A stretch of DNA of 64,000 nt. Source: a virus. The position numbers and the translations under genes were made by a program. The stretch spans positions 32,001-96,000 of IMG/VR virus record IMGVR_UViG_3300047548_001271, one strand, 5' to 3'. Below, one piece after another: positions 58,094 through 64,000 of this stretch. Each line of letters begins with the position of its first letter. Position 1 is the stretch's first letter. The notes below the pieces were generated by a model, which ran no database searches, was not told the DNA's origin, and saw nothing but the letters and a program-made list of their open reading frames with translations.

Positions 58094-58794
58094 AAAAAGT
58101 GATATCATTCTCGCTTTGGGGGACTAATCCAAAGTATACTGAAGGGGCAATTAAAAATGCTTATTTAGCACAACATATTTATCCTGGATGGGAAACTTGG
58201 TTTTATGTTGCAAATGATGTTCCTCCAAATGTTATAAGTTCTATCAATAGATTACGAGGAAAAATAATTTACACAGGTCGCGTGACTCCACTAGCCATGC
58301 TTTGGCGATTCACCCCGATGTTTGATAAAACAGTAGATATTGTAATATCGCGAGATACAGATTCTCGTTTGGGATATCGAGAAAGAAAAATGGTTGAAGA
58401 ATTTGAAAATTCTGTTTATCCAGTTCATTCAATAAGAGATCATGCTTATCACAATGTTCCAATTCTTGGTGGAATGTGCGGAGTGAAACCAAAGATCTTA
58501 CCAGATTATCTTGATTTGGATTGGTTTGAAAGCTTCTTTAAAGACAAAGTTGATTTAAATTCCACAAATGTAGAATATGATTTTGACCAAAAATTTTTAA
58601 GAGAAATTATTTTATCATGTACTCTTCCGGATAAATTGAAATGTGCAGTTCATGATTATAGACGAAACACTTTTGCTTGCGCGTCTTTTGATTCAAGAAT
58701 GGATTTTTATTTTCATGTTCCACCAAGAGAGAATAATGAATATGTTGGGGCTCCATATTCTAGCACTGAAGAATTGGAGATACCGTTTGTATGA
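58090..58794 (+). CDS. GT-A-like glycosyltransferase (putative)
   Basis: ISFSLWG..PKY, MLWRF, SRDTDSR (DxD), RDH..H..PILGGM, DQKFL. Confidence 0.65.
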   Translation: MKKVISFSLWGTNPKYTEGAIKNAYLAQHIYPGWETWFYVANDVPPNVISSINRLRGKIIYTGRVTPLAMLWRFTPMFDKTVDIVISRDTDSRLGYRERKMVEEFENSVYPVHSIRDHAYHNVPILGGMCGVKPKILPDYLDLDWFESFFKDKVDLNSTNVEYDFDQKFLREIILSCTLPDKLKCAVHDYRRNTFACASFDSRMDFYFHVPPRENNEYVGAPYSSTEELEIPFV

Positions 58795-59744
58795 ATTTTT
58801 TTAATATAGATTTACATATTTCAGTAATAGAAGATATCAAGACTATATTTGCTGATCTCGGACATACTGTTGATTCGCTATGTCTATCGGATCACAACTG
58901 GGTGTTTAATAGACCTAGAGCCGTTCTAAAGCCACCATACGACAAGCTAAGGATGGTCCACTCAATGGACGAGTTTTTTAATCAGTCGTTTTGTGACGCC
59001 TTCTATGAGGACACAAAAGATATTCTAAGCGTATACGATGGGTTTATTGCTTGCTACCCACCATTGTTCTCACTTCTTTACCAGAAGTTCGAGAAGCCCA
59101 TCTACACAGTCGCCGCTACGAGATATGATCATCCACTAAAGGTGGATTCTAATGTAGCGTGGTTCAATGAAAAACTATTTGAAATGTGGAAATCTGGTCA
59201 GCTAATTCCCATAGCAAACAATAGATATGATGCTTACTATTGCAAGTCAAGAACAAATATTGACTTTAAGTATATTCCTAGCTTGTGCTCATACACAAAC
59301 GCATTATACACCGGCACTAAAGATCCAATCGTTGCCGGGAGAGAAAACATTCCTCCATACAAGCATATTACTAGTATTCCAGCTCATTCTTGGTACGAAC
59401 TATATTCACACAAGGCTATTATACACATTCCGTATAATGTGTCTTTAATGTCGATTTTTGAGCAATACACAGCCGGAGTCCCACTTCTTTTTCCATATTT
59501 TAATGCTAGGGAGCGTTTTAATACATTTCTTAATGAGGCCGGCGGTCAAGAGGCTATTGACATGAGATATTTATCTGATTTTTATGATGAAGAATGGATG
59601 CCGCATTTAAAATATTTTGATTCTATTGAAGACCTTCACGCTAAAATTAATGAAATGGATTTTTTTTCTATTAGCTCTAACATGAAGGAATTCAATAAAA
59701 TAAGAAAACAAAGAATATATGATCTGTGGGAAGAAGTTATTTAA
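58791..59744 (+). CDS. glycosyltransferase-like protein
   Basis: DLHISVIED; IHIPYNVSLMSIFEQYTAGVPL resembles GT-B donor-binding motif. Confidence 0.6.
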   Translation: MNFFNIDLHISVIEDIKTIFADLGHTVDSLCLSDHNWVFNRPRAVLKPPYDKLRMVHSMDEFFNQSFCDAFYEDTKDILSVYDGFIACYPPLFSLLYQKFEKPIYTVAATRYDHPLKVDSNVAWFNEKLFEMWKSGQLIPIANNRYDAYYCKSRTNIDFKYIPSLCSYTNALYTGTKDPIVAGRENIPPYKHITSIPAHSWYELYSHKAIIHIPYNVSLMSIFEQYTAGVPLLFPYFNARERFNTFLNEAGGQEAIDMRYLSDFYDEEWMPHLKYFDSIEDLHAKINEMDFFSISSNMKEFNKIRKQRIYDLWEEVI

Positions 59745-60170
59745 TCAAAAATATTTTATAACTAGACGTTGAACAACTTTTTTAATCAACAAATTAATAA
59801 ATTTTATTCTCAATACAAAAAACAATAATGATTGTATTGGGCAAAAACCTACTAAGTTAAACTTTTTAAAGTCTACATTTTTATTGATGTGTTCCTTGCA
59901 TAGTTTATATAATTGATTTAAATCTAAAGATCTATATGTATTTATACATATTGAACTAATTGGCGATGGAAATCTTTTTGGATCTGTGAAATAACCTTCA
60001 TTTTCTTTTTCATATTGCTCAGCTCACTCAGACGCTTTTAACAAAACGTCGTTAAAAAATTCTTGAATAATTTCTAAATTTTGTTTAGAAAAACATATAC
60101 GATATATTTCTTCTTTTAAAAAGATTAATTCGTACTGGCAATAATTGTAAATCTCACTAGAGACACTCAT
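59745..60170 (-). pseudogene. paralog of 60183..60524 interrupted by one in-frame TGA
   Basis: Manual translation: GGAG RBS, ATG at 60170, TGA at 60024-60026, frame then open to 59745; shares C...I.KNVDFK.....GF with neighbour. Confidence 0.7.
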
Positions 60171-60182
60171 GCTAGCTCCAAA

Positions 60183-60524
60183 CTACTTATATTTATTAAG
60201 AAGGTATTCAACTATCTTATTTACAATCCAATTAACTAGCATTGGAAGAAATATAGCAAATAGTCCACCATCAATAAAACCGGAAGGTCTCATTGATTTA
60301 AAGTCTACATTCTTGTAAATATAAGCTTTGCAATTTTTAGTTAGGAATTTTTTATCTTTAACATAATGGCCTGTAGATAGCAATGGTGCTGTGCTATCAG
60401 CCCATGTCGCTCCAGCAGTTAATGCCTCTTGAAAAACACTCATATCTTTCTGTGAGTATTCCTCACCAAAATATGATTTTTTGTCACCCCATACATAATC
60501 AAAAACTTCATGATATACAGCCAT
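60183..60524 (-). CDS. hypothetical protein with C-terminal hydrophobic/amphipathic helix
   Basis: ORF track; TAATG coupling. Confidence 0.7.
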   Translation of the reverse strand: MAVYHEVFDYVWGDKKSYFGEEYSQKDMSVFQEALTAGATWADSTAPLLSTGHYVKDKKFLTKNCKAYIYKNVDFKSMRPSGFIDGGLFAIFLPMLVNWIVNKIVEYLLNKYK

Positions 60525-61021
60525 TAAATCTTCTCCATTAAAGAAAGTGGTATAATATAGTTCATCGGCTTTCCAGCCCCGTATTTTCTCTTCTTCTTCT
60601 TAACGTCAAAATCTTCTCTTGTTATTTGTCCTAGTAGATTGACAGTTCTCTTCATGTCGAAATGAGCTAAGATGTATTTTGTTGGCGTCTTTCTCTCATA
60701 CTCTTTTAGTTGAATCTTGAGTTCCGGCTCGCCAGTTCCAGAATACGTTATAGTCTTTACGTCTACACCACTTGAAAAATCTCGACCAGAATCCCTCACC
60801 TTATATATCTGCTCGTCCATTGGCTCATTAGAGGCTATAGACCAAGCCATTTCTCCAATAGCACCAATGATATGAGGTGAGTATTCCTTTGGCAGCCCAA
60901 AAAGAGTTTCTTCTGATGAAGATATTCGTTTATTTCTAAAAGACATGTTTTTTGCTTCGTGTCTTTTTTTAGCAATTTCAATAGCAGAATTTAATTGCTC
61001 GTCTGTTAGTTCTATTATCAT
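60524..61021 (-). CDS. hypothetical protein, PD-(D/E)XK-like
   Basis: GAIGEMA...RDF...VDVKT; start placed at MIIEL. Confidence 0.55.
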   Translation of the reverse strand: MIIELTDEQLNSAIEIAKKRHEAKNMSFRNKRISSSEETLFGLPKEYSPHIIGAIGEMAWSIASNEPMDEQIYKVRDSGRDFSSGVDVKTITYSGTGEPELKIQLKEYERKTPTKYILAHFDMKRTVNLLGQITREDFDVKKKKRKYGAGKPMNYIIPLSLMEKI

Positions 61022-61521
61022 TTTTTCTTTCTTATGAAATCTAACCATTCTCTTGGAGCACAAGAGGCCGCTCCAATTATGGGATGGACTTCAACCGGCT
61101 CGTTCAGCAGTCTCATTTCTGTTTCATACAGAAGTTTATTGCCTTTCTTGTGGTTGCATTTTTTGCAGCAAGCCACCATATTAGTCCAAGTGTTAGCATC
61201 GTTCTTATGTTTGAACTTACACACTGGTTTTACATGGTCTATAGTAGCTGTGCTTTCATTTAATTTTACCCCACAATACTGGCAAGTCATGTCATCTCTC
61301 TTCAAGATGGCTTTTTTGCTTGGTCTTTTGCTGTTTGATCGCGATATGTATTTTGAGTATAGAATTACTGCTGGGACTCTTATGCGAGCGTTTTCTGAGT
61401 TGATGTAATTGTCATACCACGAAATAACAGAAAGTTTGTTCTTCAGCAAAAGCGAAACCCCTCGTCTGTAAGAAACAACAGACAAGGGGCTAAAATCAGC
61501 GTTTAATATTAGAGTTTTCAT
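61018..61521 (-). CDS. HNH endonuclease
   Basis: LILNAD, RDDMTCQYCG, TIDHVKP, NMVACCKKCNHKK. Confidence 0.92.
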   Translation of the reverse strand: MKTLILNADFSPLSVVSYRRGVSLLLKNKLSVISWYDNYINSENARIRVPAVILYSKYISRSNSKRPSKKAILKRDDMTCQYCGVKLNESTATIDHVKPVCKFKHKNDANTWTNMVACCKKCNHKKGNKLLYETEMRLLNEPVEVHPIIGAASCAPREWLDFIRKKK

Positions 61522-61709
61522 TTTGCATTCCTCGGTCTAGCCCTTTGAATTGCCTCTGAAACTTGTTCCATTTCTATTGGCGTCAGTCCTGTTTTATAAA
61601 TTGGGTCGCATGTTTGGTCAAGCATTGATTGCAAGAATCTTCCTTTTTCGTAAAACCCAACAACCCTATTCATTGAATCGACAATTTTATTATTTTTTAA
61701 GTAAAACAT
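61518..61709 (-). CDS. hypothetical protein
   Basis: ATGA coupling to HNH gene. Confidence 0.6.
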   Translation of the reverse strand: MFYLKNNKIVDSMNRVVGFYEKGRFLQSMLDQTCDPIYKTGLTPIEMEQVSEAIQRARPRNAK

Positions 61710-61710
61710 T

Positions 61711-61887
61711 CTATTTCCTTTTTAATGAATTCTTTATATTTTCTCTTAACTCTAATTTAAACCTTTGATTTCCAGACCGCTTATAATCAATCAAATTCTC
61801 TCTTTTAGAGAAAACAAGCAAAGGATCAACCTTTTTAAATATTTCTTGACTAATAATATAAATTAGTGAGTGGTTTAAATTTCTCAT
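61711..61887 (-). CDS. small hypothetical protein (58 aa, below ORF track cutoff)
   Basis: Manual translation MRNLNHSLIYIISQEIFKK... fills the gap. Confidence 0.5.
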   Translation of the reverse strand: MRNLNHSLIYIISQEIFKKVDPLLVFSKRENLIDYKRSGNQRFKLELRENIKNSLKRK

Positions 61888-62041
61888 TTTTTAATATTTC
61901 TCTACTTATATTTCGTTTTATTGAATTTGTCGTAATAGAGTCTGAATATATCACCCAAATATTATGATGTAATTTGAAGTCGCATAGATTAATGACTTCA
62001 TCAAGCAATCGCTCTTTTATAAACTTATTCAATGTTTTCAT
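61850..62041 (-). CDS. small hypothetical protein
   Basis: AGGAAG RBS after tRNA. Confidence 0.55.
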   Translation of the reverse strand: MKTLNKFIKERLLDEVINLCDFKLHHNIWVIYSDSITTNSIKRNISREILKNEKFKPLTNLYY

Positions 62042-62054
62042 TCTCTTCCTTTAA

Positions 62055-62126
62055 TAACTCTACTAGGATTCGAACCTAGACTGTCAGATTCAAAATCTGA
62101 AGTGCTGACCATTACACCATAGAGCT
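62055..62126 (-). tRNA. trnQ: tRNA-Gln(UUG)
   Basis: Acceptor AGCTCTA/TAGAGTT, anticodon arm TCAGA-TTTTGAA-TCTGA, T arm CTAGG-TTCGAAT-CCTAG; CCA not encoded. Confidence 0.92.
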
Positions 62127-62129
62127 AGA

Positions 62130-62456
62130 TTAACCAAAAACAAACTCGCCTTGTTCATTAATGAAAAGCTCTTCGCCGTTTTTAACTCTTTGTTCAATAT
62201 TTGAGTCTTCATTAGGTTCGACATGATCAACGCAGTAAGTGTTAATTGGTACTTGAATTATTGATGCTTCCCAATTCCACCTCTTACCATCTTCTTCATA
62301 TGGTCCAATATATTCATCAATTTCGTCGTAAGCAATTTTTGCCGAGTTTCTATCTGTAAAAACTCCAAATATCCTACTTTGTTTTTCATTTCCATATATA
62401 ACAACATAAACAGAGTTATTTGTATTTTCGTTCATATCTACCCTTAAAAAAAACAT
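62130..62456 (-). CDS. hypothetical protein
   Basis: VYVVIY...IFGVFT motif common in small phage proteins. Confidence 0.6.
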   Translation of the reverse strand: MFFLRVDMNENTNNSVYVVIYGNEKQSRIFGVFTDRNSAKIAYDEIDEYIGPYEEDGKRWNWEASIIQVPINTYCVDHVEPNEDSNIEQRVKNGEELFINEQGEFVFG

Positions 62457-62682
62457 ATGAAAAAGGCCACGGGAAAATCTCTTTTAGACATTTGAAATGC
62501 CAAAAATGATCATCAAAATCTATTATGAGATGCGGAACACTTCTGTTATCATCACGTCTAACCAATTTTAGCTTACCCTTGCCATAAGTCAAGCGAAAAA
62601 TTAGACCATTTATAAAACAATTACCGTAAGATATTTTCCCGTGCCAGTTTACTTTTCCTCTTGCCATTTTCCTGGAATCCAT
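62416..62682 (-). CDS. hypothetical protein
   Basis: ORF track; overlaps neighbours. Confidence 0.5.
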   Translation of the reverse strand: MDSRKMARGKVNWHGKISYGNCFINGLIFRLTYGKGKLKLVRRDDNRSVPHLIIDFDDHFWHFKCLKEIFPWPFSYVFFKGRYERKYK

Positions 62683-63185
62683 TTATAGGTTTTAGAACGA
62701 ACAGTTTCCACCCGCACAGGGGCTGGAGTTGTAATAACCGTATCCGCCATAACTTCCGTAATTATAGGACTGTCCACCGTAGTAATTATAGGGCTGCGAA
62801 CCGTAGTAACCGTAACTGGAGCAGTTGCCTGTTGCACAGTTTCCACTAGTGTAGGTTGGTGAACCGTAGTAACCGTAACCGGAGTAGTTACTTGTTGCAT
62901 AGTTTCCACTAGAGTAATAGGCGGGCTGGTTATAATACTCCCTCTGAATACTTTTACGGGTGATCCTACTGTACGGGCGACCATTTGAGGATATGTAGAT
63001 GTTGTTACTGTTGTAACTGGTAGTGTTTGGGTAACTGTTGTAACTGGATAAACAGGCTGGACAGGAACAATTGGGTAAACTTGAGGATTCAGAGAAAAAA
63101 AAACTGGTCTTGACTGATAAAACTGTGCTTGACTAACAGACGCAAAGGCAACTAAACAAAAGAGAAACGCGAATAAGTTCTTCAT
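62649..63185 (-). CDS. secreted Thr/Val/Pro-rich repeat protein
   Basis: Signal peptide ending SQA; GGAG RBS; low-complexity body. Confidence 0.75.
   Translation of the reverse strand: MKNLFAFLFCLVAFASVSQAQFYQSRPVFFSLNPQVYPIVPVQPVYPVTTVTQTLPVTTVTTSTYPQMVARTVGSPVKVFRGSIITSPPITLVETMQQVTTPVTVTTVHQPTLVETVQQATAPVTVTTVRSPIITTVDSPIITEVMADTVITTPAPVRVETVRSKTYKWIPGKWQEEK
62798..62916. repeat. 63-bp imperfect tandem duplication (21 aa)
   Basis: TLVETMQQVTTPVTVTTVHQP / TLVETVQQATAPVTVTTVRSP. Confidence 0.85.
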
Positions 63186-63257
63186 TTAAAGATCTCCATT
63201 GAATTTTATTATGAAAGTGTCACACAATATGACACGCCCATTATATTATACTCAATA

Positions 63258-63854
63258 TCAACCCCACTGATTAGCCATAGCTTCAGCAACGCCTAAAAAT
63301 GTTTTCGATCTGACTTTTCCTCTTTCTGATCGTTTTACATTTGATGTTTTGTAAAACCAAGCGTCCATACGTTTTCCACTTTTAAAAACAACTGGTGGAT
63401 CTGGTTGTACAATATTAGTTGGTACTAATTTTGGCAAACCCTTTAACCACAAACAAGTTTTCTTCGTTGCTGGAAATCCAAACATATACGGCTCAATGAT
63501 TTGGTCTGGTTTTCGATAAACGTTTGACATAATACCGACTGGATTTTCGATGCATATTTTTGGACATGGGTGATTTGCAAACAGCATGAAAAAATCAATA
63601 CCTTGCTGTTGTCTTCCGTCGGCTCTTTTCTGGGCAAAGTGTGCAGCCCCAGAACTAGCTAAATGAGTGCATGGAGGAAAGGCAATAATCATATCCCAAT
63701 CTTCATTTAAGACTGTATTGACATCGCACTGGAGATGGAATTCGGGAAGGCCGCCAGAACAAGGCTCAATGTCGCATGAAAAAGCCTTGTGACCTTTTTC
63801 CCGAAAAGCTTTACAAACAGCTTGACTTTCCTCACATGCAATTAGTATTTTCAT
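63258..63854 (-). CDS. DNA cytosine methyltransferase-like protein
   Basis: LIACEES motif I variant, FPPCT (motif IV), IENP (motif VI), RSKTF. Confidence 0.75.
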   Translation of the reverse strand: MKILIACEESQAVCKAFREKGHKAFSCDIEPCSGGLPEFHLQCDVNTVLNEDWDMIIAFPPCTHLASSGAAHFAQKRADGRQQQGIDFFMLFANHPCPKICIENPVGIMSNVYRKPDQIIEPYMFGFPATKKTCLWLKGLPKLVPTNIVQPDPPVVFKSGKRMDAWFYKTSNVKRSERGKVRSKTFLGVAEAMANQWG

Positions 63855-64000
63855 ATGTTTCTATTTCTTGTTTAATGACATGTTTATAACTAATAAGAAA
63901 AGAGAATAATATTTGAAAAAGTTTATTATTTATATTTATCGGAATATTTTTATCACTTATTGACTTACCAATTGACATAATGGTTTTAGTATAGATTAAA

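Noticed and set aside
62798-62916. Diversity-generating retroelement TR/VR pair or CRISPR-like repeat
   Set aside because: In-frame tandem duplication within one gene; mismatches not adenine-specific; no reverse transcriptase in the window
1-64000. Genome-wide stop codon reassignment
   Set aside because: Long genes are intact in code 11; TGA ends many genes in ATGA overlaps and TAG ends others; the tRNA anticodon is UUG, not a suppressor
63960-64000. Rightward promoter from TTGACT/TTGACA hexamers
   Set aside because: No acceptable -10 at 16-18 nt spacing, and context is cut by the window edge

Overview
AT-rich segment of a large lytic-type tailed phage genome; no host housekeeping operons, integrase or CRISPR array are visible. 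1-23.4 kb (+): tail module with tail completion and tube proteins, two paralogous chaperone-like genes, a 3259-aa tape measure protein, tail-tip proteins, Cys-rich fibre-like proteins, a glycosyltransferase-like fusion and a 2OG-Fe(II) oxygenase. 23.4-57 kb (-): glycosylation genes, sigma factor, DNA polymerase III alpha split into three separate genes, exonucleases, dNMP kinase, primase, DnaB, RecA, PhoH and a class Id-like ribonucleotide reductase. That block also holds an envelope cluster (exported thioredoxin, papain-like protease with an intein inserted directly before its catalytic Cys, lipoprotein, holin-like proteins) and SSB. 57-64 kb: divergent promoters flanking a probable unannotated structured RNA, three glycosyltransferase-like genes, a TGA-interrupted tandem paralog missed by the ORF track, an HNH nuclease, tRNA-Gln(UUG) and a methyltransferase. 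Best leads: the three-piece DnaE, the intein-gated protease in a possible protease/thiol-based lysis module, the promoter-bearing structured RNA, and a possible virion glycosylation system. All calls come from reading motifs by eye; no searches were run.
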